A program made the position numbers and the translations under genes. A stretch of DNA of 63,484 nt, the filler included, from Stramenopiles sp. TOSAG23-3 (Eukaryota): assembly GCA_900128585.1 (NCBI GenBank). It is 43 parts of 43 records of this genome, joined end to end, with 100 filler letters (N's around TTAATTAATTAA, not from the genome) between each part and the next. Parts side by side here need not be neighbours in the genome. Positions count along the whole stretch, not along the records: positions 45,946 to 47,317 come from LT645953.1; positions 47,418 to 48,789 come from LT645954.1; positions 48,890 to 50,261 come from LT645955.1; positions 50,362 to 51,732 come from LT645956.1; positions 51,833 to 53,203 come from LT645957.1; positions 53,304 to 54,674 come from LT645958.1; positions 54,775 to 56,145 come from LT645959.1; positions 56,246 to 57,616 come from LT645960.1; 35 more parts are not named here. The stretch is one strand, 5' to 3'. Shown piece after piece: positions 45,946 to 58,480 of this stretch. The stretch's first letter is position 1. Each line of letters starts with the position of its first letter. The notes under the pieces were generated by a model. The model had not been told where the DNA came from and did no database searches. It saw only the letters and a list, made by a program, of their open reading frames with translations.

Positions 45946-47094
45946 CTGGAGGTATGCCGCAGAGGTGCCGAACAAAGTCAACTTCGTCTTTTCCGCCATT
46001 TCCCACAGGGAGTCCCACTCTGGAAAGCAAGGGTTACCTTCCCAGATCACGACTGTGGCGCCGACAGCAAGCGCGCTGATCAACCAATTCCACATCATCC
46101 ACCCGGTTGTCGTGTAATAGAACACATTGTCGTCCCTTGAAATATTGCAGTGGAGCACCATCTCTTTCATGTGATTGATCAAGACCCCCGGGCCCTGAAC
46201 AATGCATTTCGGCAACCCCGTGGTGCCTGAACTGTACATTATGTATACGGGGTGGTCGAACGGCAACTGCTCGAACTCAATGTCCGTCGGGGTAAAGCCA
46301 GCGACAAAATGCTCCAGGTGGACCCCGTTCTTAATCGTTGCCAAACTTAGGTGGAAGTCCGACCCTTCCGTGTACGGCACAAAGACAACCTTTTTCAAAC
46401 TCTTGATTGAGTTTACAATGTTTTTCAGCTTGTCCATTAAACAAACGCGCTTTCCTTTGAAAAAGAATGCTGTGGTCGTGAACAAGACGGTCGGTTCGAT
46501 TTGACCAAAGCGGTCCAAGACGCCTTGGATCCCAAAGTCAGGGGAGCAGGACGACCAGATGGCGCCTATCGAAGTTGCAGCGAGCATGGCAACAACCGCG
46601 CTCGGGAGGTTAGGAATGAACCCGGCCACGCGATCGCCCACCTTGACCCTTGCTTTCCTCAACGCTTGCGAGACCACGCTCACTTGATCGTAAAGTTCCC
46701 TGTACGACATGGTCTTGCTGTGCGCGGAGCTATCGCACTGCCATATTATTGCAGGGCGCTCGTCCCTGTACTTCAGCATGTTCTCTGCAAAGTTCATGAG
46801 AGCGCCTGGGAAAAATTTGCAGCCCGGGAATTTGCTCAGGCTGTCGAACGCTCGGGTCGGAGGTACACTCGCCTTGATTTTCACGAAGTCCCAGAGAGCG
46901 AGCCAGAAGTCGCCGGGCCTGGTCACCGTCCACTTATGCAGCTGACTGTACTGTGACATCCGGGGCGCGCTGTACTTCTTTTCGACAAACCTCATAAACC
47001 TGAACATCTCCGTCGATTGCTGGAAGCTTTCACTAGGCATCCACATTACCTTTGGGGTCGGGGCATCTGGCCCGTTCGTTCTGAAGCTCGCCAT
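45946..47094 (-). CDS. AACS: Acetoacetyl-CoA synthetase, 3' partial
   Basis: GAIWSSCSPDFG...RFGQIEP, YIMYSSGTTGLPKCIV, YYTTTGWMMWNWL. Confidence 0.92.
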
Positions 47095-47417
47095 ATAGGT
47101 AAAACCGGAAAAGAATGCTGTGTGATATAAACAGCTTTTCTCAGTTAACAAACGATATGTCTATTAATTATACTCTACAGCTTAGTAACCCAAATGAATT
47201 TACCGTCCATTTTCTTGCTTATCGAATTGTTATAGTAAGTTCAAAATTCGCGATTTGGAAATTACCAGAAGAGGAGGAGCAAGCATCATCATCCTTTTTT
47301 TTTTGTGTGAATTTTATNNNNNNNNNNNNNNNNNNNNNNNNNNNNNNNNNNNNNNNNNNNNTTAATTAATTAANNNNNNNNNNNNNNNNNNNNNNNNNNN
47401 NNNNNNNNNNNNNNNNN

Positions 47418-48514
47418 CCATTCCGTTGCTGGACCAGTCCAGCAGCTTCCTCACTGCTTGACCGGGCCGATTTGGGGGGCGGGGCGTTGTACTGCCACGT
47501 GAGCTCGTCCCCCTTTAAAATATCGCGAGATGCGTAAAACATTGGCCGCGCCGGGCTTGCATAAGCGTTGGAGGAAGGGACCCCTTCGTGCGGCGATTCC
47601 CCCATCAGCTTTTTGCACACCAGGTTTGGAGAGCAGGAAGAATTGATGAACCGCCCGGCGTTCCCGTACAGGGTGCTGTCGAGGATATCGGCCCCTGGAT
47701 CTAGGCTGAGGGACAGCTGGTAACAGCAGAGAATTCCTGCCGATGCGTAGAATGCCTCCCTGGCCTCGGCCTGCTCGTGGTTCAAGAGTTCGCCGACATA
47801 CTCCAGCACTGGAGAGCCTTTCTTGATGACCTCTTGCTTGCATATGACACCGTACCCCCTTACCTTTCCTTTGGTTGCCTTTGCTACACGCTTGCATATT
47901 GGAGTATTGGTGGAGATTGCAACGTCCACTTTGACACCGCCCATGTCGTGCTGGATTTTTCCTACCATTGCTAAGGACGCGTCGCTCGCGCCCGGACGAG
48001 CAATTGTCATTCCCTCCCTGGCCATCGTCCCCTCCTTTTTGCCCAGCTTGAAGTCCGGTGCACGGCACCTCCCACACCCTTTCAGGGCCCACCGACATTT
48101 CGAACACCCATACTGAAACTCTGGCCCCAGCCCCTTCGAGGCCCCACGAACGCGCCCAGTTCTTTCGTCTCTTCTTTGATTAAATGCCTCCTTCTTCAGG
48201 CGTTCTCGCTCAATATCAGCTTCAATCTTTTGTCGCTTAACTTGCCGCCGGCGCTCCAACTCGTCCAAACGAAGCACGTTTTGGAATTTCTGCTGCGACA
48301 AGTGGTCCAGTTTCACCAACCTGCTCCGACTTGTTAGGTTAAGCCTTCCCGTTTTGTTTCTGCACTCAAGCAGCTCCTTCTTCATGACTGCATCTACGGT
48401 CAGGTACGTCCGGTCCAAAGTCTTTTCAATGTAACACAACCGATACTTGCGATCGTTAGGAATCCCCTCAACCCTTCCACTTCCTCGTGCATAACTGGTA
48501 CGCTTCCGCTTCAT
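47418..48514 (-). CDS. SET-domain protein with an upstream CxxC...CxxC motif
   Basis: RGYGV...LEYVGE...GNAGRFINSSCSPN...FYASRDILKGDELTWQY; GCSKCRWALKGCGRCR. Confidence 0.88.
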
Positions 48515-48889
48515 TGCAGAATCCAGGTTGTATGGCACCCAACGATTCGGTAAGTTTCACGATAGGGGTGGAGATTTCTCTTCGGTGACCAAGAGAGTGG
48601 GAGAGAGAAAGAGAGAGAGGGGAGAAAACGGTTTTGAACTATGAGTGGACCTTAATTGGTTGTACCGTGTCAACAAATCGATTTTTTTTTTTTTAAACTC
48701 TTTAGCGACAAAAAAATTGATCTCTTCTTCTTTTTTCTTGTTTGTTTGTTGTTGTTGAAAAATAAAAAAATGTAATAAAAATTGAAATTNNNNNNNNNNN
48801 NNNNNNNNNNNNNNNNNNNNNNNNNNNNNNNNNTTAATTAATTAANNNNNNNNNNNNNNNNNNNNNNNNNNNNNNNNNNNNNNNNNNNN

Positions 48890-50261
48890 TTCCTGGCTGT
48901 TCCCCCTGATAAAACTGGGGTACTCGCGGCAGCTGCTGCAGACCGACATCGGGGACAACTACGACCGCGATAGGGTGGCCCAACACTTGCGGCTGTTTGA
49001 AGAAAACCTGAGAAAGGGGAAGCCGGAAGACATCACGTGGACAATTTGGAAGTCGTTCAGTCGACTGGAGTACTACGCCGTGGCCTGCAAGTTCGTTTCT
49101 GACCTGTGCAGCTACGTGCCCCCCGTCGGCATCAGCTTCATTGTGTCATACGCAGAGAATCCAAGCGAGTGGGGAGACAACATATGGTATGCCGTCGCCG
49201 CGATGCTCGTGGCACCGTTGATCACTGGGCTTTGCAACCACTGGTTCTACCAGTTTGTAATGGTGGATGGCTTGCACGCGAGGACGGCGATCCAGGCGGC
49301 GGTGTACTCGAAGGTTTTGCGGGTGTCGAACAGTGCCCGGACCCGAAGCGCAGATAAAGGCGGGGTGGCCGATACAATCACGAACTTGCAGTCCACGGAT
49401 TGCCGGAGCATTGAGATGTGCTACTGGATGTGGATGTACGTCTGGGCCGCGCCCCTCCAGGCCGTTGTGACGACGGTCCTGTTGTACGTTCAACTGGGCT
49501 GGCCCATCTTCATAGGTATCCTTTTCCTGGTCTTGATGATGCCCATCCAGAAAGTTGTTATGGGGGTCCTGAAGAAACGGAACAAGATTGCCTCCGAAAA
49601 AAGTGACAGGCGCATCAAGATCATCACCGAGGTGATCCACGGGATCCAGGTGGTCAAGCTGCAAGCGTGGGAGAAAATCTTTGCGGCCCGTATCAAGAAA
49701 ACCCGGAACGAAGAGCTGAATAATCGAAGGAGCATTACCATCGTTCAGGGAGTGAACGCCTCGATCTCTCAGTGCGCCCCAATCATGTGCACTTTGATAA
49801 CGTTCATCGTCTACGGTATGGTAAGCGAGACGCCTTTGACCGCAGGAAAGGCATTCACGACCCTGGCGTTGTTCAACATATTGAGGCTCCCGCTGATGGT
49901 GCTTCCGATGCTGATCGGGATGGTCGCCGGGGCAAAGGTAGCGGCCAAGCGGCTCGGTGCATTCTTGTACTGTGACGATTTGGTCAACTACGTGACGTAC
50001 GAGGAAGCCACTGGTGGCAAAGCAGCACTGGAAACGACGGGGGCGTCTTTTGTCTGGGACGACAAAGCGGACAGCAGCAGCGAGAGCGGTTTCCGGCTCC
50101 AGCTTGGAAAATTCTCGGCCGAGACAGGCACCCTCACGGTGATTGCGGGGAAAGTGGGCGCGGGAAAAAGCAGCCTGCTCTCGGCATTGCTCGGGGAAAT
50201 GCACATGCTGCCCATGGATGATAGCCTGGGTGTGGATGATAGCAGCAACCCGTCCGTAGTT
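48890..50261 (+). CDS. ABCC/MRP-type ABC transporter fragment (lasso, TMD1, start of NBD1)
   Basis: SWLFPLIKLGY, DRRIKIITEVIHGIQVVKLQAWE, FTTLALFNILRLPL, Walker A GKVGAGKSS. Confidence 0.93.
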
Positions 50262-50361
50262 NNNNNNNNNNNNNNNNNNNNNNNNNNNNNNNNNNNNNNN
50301 NNNNNTTAATTAATTAANNNNNNNNNNNNNNNNNNNNNNNNNNNNNNNNNNNNNNNNNNNN

Positions 50362-51732
50362 CCCCGCGAGTCACGGCGCCCTGGCAAAGTACATTTGTGA
50401 GACCGACAAATCGTTCCTTCCGAAGCTGCTGGAGTTGTTCGAAGAGTTAGAAAAGGATAGTCTTGAGAGCGCCCCGGACATCGACAGCTTCCACCGCCTC
50501 TTTCACGTCTTTCGAGGCTTCGTTCAGCTGAACCATTCTCAAATTTTTGAACTGCTCTTCTCGGACGAGAACTGGATGCGGTTTGTCGGTGTGTTAGAGT
50601 ATAACCCAGTCGCAAATCCAAGGTGCAGCCCCGTTGTGGACATTTACGCCGACAAAGGTACTCGCCGCACGGGGGAAGTCCGCTACTGTTACCGCGACTA
50701 CCTCTCGAGCAAAGTTGTGTTCAAGCAGGTGGCGCCGTTCCAAAACCGCACCATTTTGTCGAGGATTCACATCAATTTTCGCGTATCGTACTTGCAGAAC
50801 AGTGTGGACGGCGTCATTACAGAAGACGTGTCGTCCACCCTGGCCCAGATGAACATGTTCAACAACAACGACATCATCATGATGATGTCGAACGACAAGG
50901 TCTTCATGACGGGACTGCTGGCATCGCTAGGATGCGGCGAAGCCCGCCAAGAACTGACCCGGTGGGAGAACGTAGTGCCGAAGCTAAACCTGCACATGCC
51001 CGTCGTCGCCCTCGTCCGTATTGACGCCCTTCGGTGCCTGAAGGAGTTGTGCGTGCTGTCGCAGTCCATTCAGGCCGCAACAAAGCACAGCTTTTACCGC
51101 GCTTTGTACACGTTCGGGGGGGGGAACCAAACCGGCGCGTCGCTGTTCGGAACGATGTCCCATATTCTTGCGGACAGAGACTCCACGGTCGAAGAGCGCA
51201 TGATCACCACTGAGATCCTGTATTCTTGCGTCACCAACAACCCGATGAAACTTCGGAGTTATTTGTGCTCCCAAGGCCATCATCCTGAAAACATCCCGGG
51301 GACCTCCTCCGTGGACAATTCTTTCCACGAGGGCGACTACCAAGACGGCGATTTCGCGTCCACGCCCGCCAGTCACGAAAAGACTGAGAACTCTTTTTCT
51401 TTGGAAAGCAGCGACAAGGACAGCCAGAACACCCACACGCCCAGCAGCAACAAGGACAGGGGCGCGTACAGTGGCGGCAAAATGGACGCTGCGGGGAATG
51501 CAAGCTCCAGCGATGCGGGGCGGTTGTCGTACGTCACCGCAGGGAAAGATGGAAAGTTGTTGCAGCGTTTGTGCGCTCGCCTGACCGGCGACAACTCGGA
51601 AGCAGTCCAACTGCAGTGCCTGCACCTGCTGAAGGAATTGCTCGACCCTGAAAACATGGAAGCCAAGGAAAAAGAAGAGTTCGTCGCTATTTTCTACGAC
51701 CACTATGTCCAGTGGCTTGTGTACGCCCTTTC
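50362..51732 (+). CDS. PPP4R3: PP4 regulatory subunit 3 (SMEK/Psy2) fragment
   Basis: LPKLLELFE..E, VGVLEYNP, YRDYL...FKQV...IHINFRVSYL, LKELLDPENM...EFVAIFYDHY. Confidence 0.85.
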
Positions 51733-51832
51733 NNNNNNNNNNNNNNNNNNNNNNNNNNNNNNNNNNNNNNNNNNNNTTAATTAATTAANNNNNNNNNNNN
51801 NNNNNNNNNNNNNNNNNNNNNNNNNNNNNNNN

Positions 51833-52418
51833 ACTCTAACGCTTCCATGGCATATAGTTTCCAAAGATAGTAGTCCCCATTCATCAGCGTTCTCCTGTAC
51901 ATACGCATAAATCGATTTTGATGATCGACCAAGCTCTGACGTTTTAAAGACTTTTTTGTGTACTCTCTTGCCTGTTTTTTCCAAGTCCAAGCCATCAAAA
52001 ACGCCGACAGTACGTATACCGTGCCCAGTACCACGAACACCCACAGGCCCGGACGGTCAAAAGAAGAAAAAGAAACTGAATACTTTTCCACTAGATACCA
52101 AATGAATCCACCTAATACAAGTTGCACAAGGAGAAACGTTGTCCCGAGAACCCCGACGTGGGAGCTATAGCGAATGGTTATGTTCTCGCGAGAGCCTCCC
52201 CCCTTTCGAATGCTGGGGCTGGACAGCTCAACTAACGACACATCCCGTGCCTTGACTACCTCTGTTGTCAATTCCATTGTTTGCACCTTCCTAGGTGGTA
52301 TATTCCCCCATGAATTTCTACTTTTCGTTGCCTTCACAGATTCACTTAATTGCGTATCATCGGATACCAATGGTGTACCATTGGTTGGCGATAACTCATC
52401 CCCAGATGGTCGGACCAT
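51833..52418 (-). CDS. Multi-pass membrane protein, N-terminal fragment (start may lie upstream, to 52559)
   Basis: Two TM helices then NGDYYLWKLYAMEALE; open to the contig edge. Confidence 0.6.
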
Positions 52419-53303
52419 TTTGTGCCTTTTATTTTCTTCGTGTCTTTTATGTGACCATACACCCAGCCCTACTATCGAAACTATCGCAATGGATGACAAA
52501 ACGATGATATTGCTTTTAAAGCAGGGCTTAATAATTCCCCTATTACTTTTTGAGGGCAATTAGACAACACATTTTTCGTGGGCGCGAAAAAGTTGTGCGG
52601 AGTCAAAACTGCATAAGTTGAAGCGAAGAAATAGCGGATAAAGCAAGGGTGAATGGCGGAAAGGAATTGCATTTATAATAATAAAGAGGTACAGTTAGTT
52701 TCCTTCCCCCACCACCCACCACCCCACCAGCAGTCGCCATCATTTTAGTTATTTTTTCCCTGGTATTACCTGTACCGGTACGTACCTGGTATAATATTAA
52801 TATTAGTCTATACTACTGCATTATAGAGTCGTCTAATATACAACAGGTATTATAATATAAAAACTGTTTACCGTAATCGAGAAGAGAGTCGTCTACCGGT
52901 ACGAGTATTGCTTGTGCCGATTTCAATAGTGTCTATGATATAATTTAAATTTGAATAGTTAGTTATCTCGCTACCGGTAGTTCTAATTTAATAATTACGC
53001 AAATCACACAACAAAGGCTAGCAATTAACTGAAAAAAATGTGGACAAATTAATCAACAATCTCCTACCTGACCCATTTGCAGCAACCTCCTTCGACTAGA
53101 CTCTTTCCCGCAGTACTTATTAACGGGCCCGCAGTACTTAAAATTTACATTCCCGGATCTGGCATTCAAAACCAACTTCTCTTTCCCTTCACTAAACACC
53201 ACGNNNNNNNNNNNNNNNNNNNNNNNNNNNNNNNNNNNNNNNNNNNNTTAATTAATTAANNNNNNNNNNNNNNNNNNNNNNNNNNNNNNNNNNNNNNNNN
53301 NNN

Positions 53304-53382
53304 CTGATCTTCCTCGCTGATGCACGTACTTTCTCCCGGTTGTTTTCTCGATACTTCCTTACGGATGCCTTGCATTTCTCCC
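53304..53382. repeat. 79-bp exact inverted repeat of the contig's other end (54596-54674)
   Basis: ctgatcttcc...catttctccc is the reverse complement of gggagaaatg...ggaagatcag. Confidence 0.95.
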
Positions 53383-54314
53383 TTATATGTCTGTATATTC
53401 TGGTAATACCTTGCTTTGCTGACATAGCCACAGAATGGTTTGAGGATTATATTGAAACTCACAATAAGGTTTATAATCCGGAAGAACGAAGAAGGGCCTT
53501 TTCAATTTTAGAGCCAAAGTACCATTTTGCTAAACAACATGGGTACGATCTTACACACAGGAGCGATAAAAACCATTCTGAAGCCTTTAATCCGTTCGCC
53601 ATTCACAACAGGCGTCGGTTAGGACAGTATAACAGTACACCGTCTGGAAACCACCGACTTGGACTTCCACTGCATTTGGATTATCGAACATTGGGATTTG
53701 TGACTAGCGTGAAGAAACAGTCCAGCTGTGGGGCGTGTTTTGCGTTTAGTGCAGTCGGTGGGATTGAGTATTGGTACAAGAAACTTTCGGGGGAACTTAA
53801 AGACTTTAGTGTTCAACAGTGGATCGACTGCACCAAGCCTCAGAATTTTGGATGCGATGGTGGGCTTATGCACCATGTGTTTCATAAAGCTATGGTTCAA
53901 CCAGCTGGGCCCGTCAAATTCGATCCATATGTGAATCACGAAGGAAAATGCAGACATAGACACGAACGTCCTTGGTTGAAAGTGAAAAGTTTTGTTGTCC
54001 AGAGCGACGACACCCACTATCCCATAGAATCCCATCTGGTTCATAACTTGGTACAGTACGGACCTATAAGTATAGGTATTGATAGCAGTAATTGGCATTT
54101 TGAACTATACAAAGGCGGTATACTAAAGGCTAATAAATGTGGGAAAGATATCGATCATGCCGTTCTATTAGTGGGGTTCACCCCTTCGTACTGGGTCGTC
54201 AAAAATAGTTGGGGGGAAAATTGGGGCAATCAAGGTTACCTCTATCTCGAGAGAGGAAAAAACGCATGCGGAATTAATTCATATGCTTCATTTATTACCG
54301 ACGCCAGTATTTAA
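53383..54314 (+). CDS. Papain-family (C1A) cysteine protease, true start lost at the inversion junction
   Basis: Signal-like LICLYILVIPCFA, short prodomain, QSSCGACFAFS (catalytic Cys), GCDGG, DHAVLLVG (His), YWVVKNSWG (Asn). Confidence 0.93.
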
Positions 54315-54336
54315 TTAAGTGATTTTAATATTAATT

Positions 54337-54674
54337 ATGAAAGTATGTACCAAATGCAAACAAACCAAGAAGCTCACGGAGTTTAGCAAGCATTCCAGAG
54401 CCCCCGATGGACTTCAATCCCGATGCAAAGTGTGTAGTAAGGCACATTACCAAAACAATCGGGAGAAATGCCGTGCAAAAAACAGGAAGTATTACCAAAC
54501 CAACCGGGAGAAATGCAATGCATTAAACAGGAAGTATTACCAAACCAACCGGGAGAAAGCTAAATTATTAGCAAAGAAGTATTACCAAACCAACCGGGAG
54601 AAATGCAAGGCATCCGTAAGGAAGTATCGAGAAAACAACCGGGAGAAAGTACGTGCATCAGCGAGGAAGATCAG
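54337..54674 (+). CDS. Zn-finger plus 15-aa helical repeats, resembling the N-terminus of phage/NCLDV HNH or EndoVII-type endonucleases (3' partial)
   Basis: MKVCTKCKQTKKLTEFSKH...DGLQSRCKVC then five YYQTNREK-type repeats (45-bp units). No nuclease domain is visible in the contig. Confidence 0.7.
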
Positions 54675-54774
54675 NNNNNNNNNNNNNNNNNNNNNNNNNN
54701 NNNNNNNNNNNNNNNNNNTTAATTAATTAANNNNNNNNNNNNNNNNNNNNNNNNNNNNNNNNNNNNNNNNNNNN

Positions 54775-56145
54775 CTTACGGTGCTGCATGATGTTGTTCA
54801 TTCTTAAGTTAGCCAGAGCTGCGTCATGAAGAACATCGGCAGTCGCCCGATCACTAACGTTTTTCTCGCAAGCAGATAACAACATGTCTACAACAACCTC
54901 TGGGGTCTGTTTGGGAATCACTTCGAGAAGGCTAGATGCAAGCATAGAATGGCTGCCTTCTTCGCGCTCTGGAAACGAGCATGTTACTGCCTTTCCCGTT
55001 ATGATTTCCAACATGACCAATCCTGCACTGTAAATATCAGATGAAAAACTGTACGAGTCGTACATAATTTGGCCCGCGTCATTCTCGTCCGTTGCCTGTA
55101 TTGACAACATTTCTGGAGATGAAAATGGGTTGAATGGTTCGCCCTCCAATGTCGTGTTGGGGTCGTACTTGGCCAGACCCAAATCACACAAAACAAGTCT
55201 TTTACCCAAAGACAACATGCAATTTTCTGTTCTAATATTGCGATGCAAAATATACCTGTCGTGCAAATAAAGTACGGCGTTGGACAATTCGCTTAAAAAA
55301 TGGCTATGAAGACCATGGCAAGAAAGCCCGGTGTTACTAATCGCCAAATTTTTATCACTTTCTAGAAACTGACGTAGTGTTTGGCCACCCAAGAGCTCCA
55401 TTGCGACGTATATCTTTGATTCGGTGGGGGCAAACTTTGCCCCTACGTATTTCAATAAATTAGGGTGTACAATATCCCTTAAGACGGACAGTTCTTTGGA
55501 TATGTAACCACTGTCCGCAACCTGGTGCTTCTCCAAGGTGACTGTCTTTATAGCTAGCGTGCCAGAGTTATACTTCCCAGTGTAAATTGCAGTTTTTCCC
55601 CTGCTTGAAATGCACTCTTGCAATTGCAGGTTGTCCAGTTCCAATTCAAAGTCTCGCGTTTCAAATGACATGTTTATCAACGACGAGCGTCGCCTCGTCA
55701 CTTTCTTCTTCAAAAGCGCAGCCTTCGACAGGGCCTTCTGTACAGGTTTGAGGCTCGCGCAGTTTCCTGCGTCGTCATTTTGATCGCTCCCCGTCTCTAC
55801 AGATTCTTCTTTTCTGGAGTCGGACTTCTCCGGGGTAGTCGTTGGGGTTGGTGATTCTGCGTTATCTAATTCCGCTTCCAACTCCTCTGTCCACTCAAAA
55901 ATGTCTTGCGCGATTGGTCGGTCGTCCGGTTCGTCTGCACAGCATTGTACACACAATTCGACCAAGGAAAACGGCGCGTTCATCGGCATAGAGGCCCTCA
56001 GTTCTTCTTCTGCAAAAGTAAAGCCATCGCAAGGGGACCTCACCAAATGGCTTGCTTCATTGCTGGGCTCCTTTCCTGACACAACTTCTGCAATCAAAAC
56101 GCCGAACGAGAATATATCTGATGAAAAAGAGTATTCCATGTCAAA
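54775..56145 (-). CDS. Tandem TKL (LIMK/TESK-like) kinase fragment; second domain probably a pseudokinase
   Basis: C-lobe of one domain (SDIFSFG...CCADEPDDRP), then a full domain with AIK, HPNLL, HRNIRTEN, DLG, SPE, SDIYSAG. Confidence 0.85.
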
Positions 56146-57357
56146 NNNNNNNNNNNNNNNNNNNNNNNNNNNNNNNNNNNNNNNNNNNNTTAATTAATTA
56201 ANNNNNNNNNNNNNNNNNNNNNNNNNNNNNNNNNNNNNNNNNNNNGGAGGGGGGAGGGAGAGGAGAGTGAGGGAGCCTTTTCTGTTGAATAGATAAATAT
56301 AATAGATATAACAGTTGGACTAGTTAGACTAGGAGGATTATTTTAGATAAAAAAAAGGATATGATATCTCAATCTACGTACGTTGAAGGAAGTACAAAGT
56401 ACAAAGTACAGAGAAAGAAGGAAGAACGGAAGGACCTCTATAGAATTCAGCTCATCTCAACGTTCTTTTTAAAACTCTATAGCAGCTCGCTATTCAATGT
56501 ATATAAAAATATGGATTAAAAATGAACTGAATTTTAACTGTACTACTACTACATTACATTACAATTAGCACCCTATACAATACATCGATCGATTGATTTG
56601 ATAAGTCGAGCGAACTTTAAATTGCCCATCGTCATCTTCCTTCCCTTTGTCCTTCGGTGTTGTTGGTTGTATAATATGTATATATAGTGTGTAGGTTGCT
56701 CTTCTTTCTTCTAAATTCTTTTTTCTCTTTTCTGAAAACTATACAGTAATAATAATAATAATTTTTTTAATTATTTTTTAACTAAAATTAATTATTAAAA
56801 TATTATAGAAGGAACACAGAAGGAAAAAGAAGAAGAAGAAGAAATGTTAACGTTTAGTTTTTTCAATAAATATAAATAGGTAATAAAATAGAAGTACAAT
56901 ACAAATAATATACTTATAATGTATATTTAAAAGTAGTTTCGATTCTTCTTTGGGTTTCTTCTTCCCTGTAAAAAATCCCTTTTTAGTTCTTCTAGTTCAT
57001 CATTGTAATACCTGCTATCTTAATATTAAACAAAATGATTGCCAACGACTACATTGATTCCAACACGAACCAAGAATCCATCTTTCAATGCTATTTCTAT
57101 TCTAAACTATTTCATTGCTATTTCTATTCCATATTTTAAATTATATAGGAATAACAAGAGAAATTATAATAAAGTTAAAAATAGGGTTTAATTGACACTT
57201 TCGCTGTGGGTATAAAATAGTCATAATAATACATAACAGCTACAGAGCATATAATACAAAATGAAATAAGTAAATGCGCAAAGTATTCTCTTATTACATT
57301 TTACCTATACTATTGCACCTTCGTAGCTTCTGAATAATTAATATTTTCACTACCAAA

Positions 57358-57447
57358 AGAAGAAAGAAGAAAGAAGAAAGAAGAAAGAAGAAAGAAGAAA
57401 GAAGAAAGAAGAAAGAAGAAGAAGATAAAAGAAGAAGAAGAAGAAGA
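57358..57447 (+). repeat. (GAAGAAA)n / GAA purine repeat
   Basis: Tandem 7-mer followed by a GAA run in a non-coding contig. Confidence 0.9.
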
Positions 57448-58480
57448 AAAAAACAACCAATAATTTACACACCGACAATATTTACAACAGCGTTTGTGTT
57501 TCATTATGTCAACAAAGTACTTCAATGTCATTCTCATTTGTATTATCTTATTGCCACAGAATTAGAATTGAACGAACACGCACCGCCAGGCCGATGGCAA
57601 CTTCGTCTTCATGGCTNNNNNNNNNNNNNNNNNNNNNNNNNNNNNNNNNNNNNNNNNNNNTTAATTAATTAANNNNNNNNNNNNNNNNNNNNNNNNNNNN
57701 NNNNNNNNNNNNNNNNCGGTTGAAGAAGAAGAAGTGGTATTTTAGTAGTATTATTTTTTAATAAAAAATAAAATGGATTTCCTATAGAAAAAAAAAGAAG
57801 AAAAGAAGAAGGAAGAAAAGAAGAAGGAAGAGGTCTGGGTTCTGGGTTCTGGACAAAAAGATAAACCAAAATTAAGAAGAAGAAGAAAGAAGATGAGTCT
57901 TTAGGGATTATATAATATATATGCTGTGTTTATGTATTAATAAATAGAGGTAGTTAGTCTAGTATTTTATCACTTTTTTTAATTTCTATTTGGTTTTATT
58001 ATATAAAGAAGAAGAAGTGATTTCATCGTACTATTATAAATACCTCTCCCTACTAATACCTTAGTCTACAACAATGGTTTTCAAATCTTTAATTTTGGCT
58101 TCTTATCTTTTCTTCTTTTCTTCTTGTCTTTCTTTTTCCCTACTATAATAATAATAATAAAATAATCAATAATAATAATACAGTCAATGATGAATTTTAT
58201 TATTATTATTATTATTTTCACACCACCGCACCGCCGCCGCCGTTTTTTTTTAAATTTATTATTATAATATATTTTTTTTTATCTTCTTCATAATAAAAAA
58301 ATAATTGAGAAAGAGAAGAATGTAGTTGTTGGATGTGCATGTGTATATGTGTGTGTGGTGTACATGCACCAGGGTTGCTTTTTTTGTATCTCTCTCTCTT
58401 GTTCATGTGTCTCTCTTCCCTCTTGGGGTGGTCAGTTTTGTACGTGTGATTATAGCAGGATAGTTTTCGGAGGTAGCAGT

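Noticed and set aside
49146-50204. Long antisense ORFs (also 3008-3688, 7410-8135, 50984-51703)
   Set aside because: Shadow frames of GC-rich true genes with no recognisable domains.
54315-54319. TTAAG as a baculovirus-type late promoter
   Set aside because: A five-base AT-rich word expected by chance, with no other baculoviral evidence.
56246-57616. ORF-free contig as a possible RNA gene locus
   Set aside because: AT-rich simple sequence; no tRNA, rRNA or snRNA signature recognised by eye.
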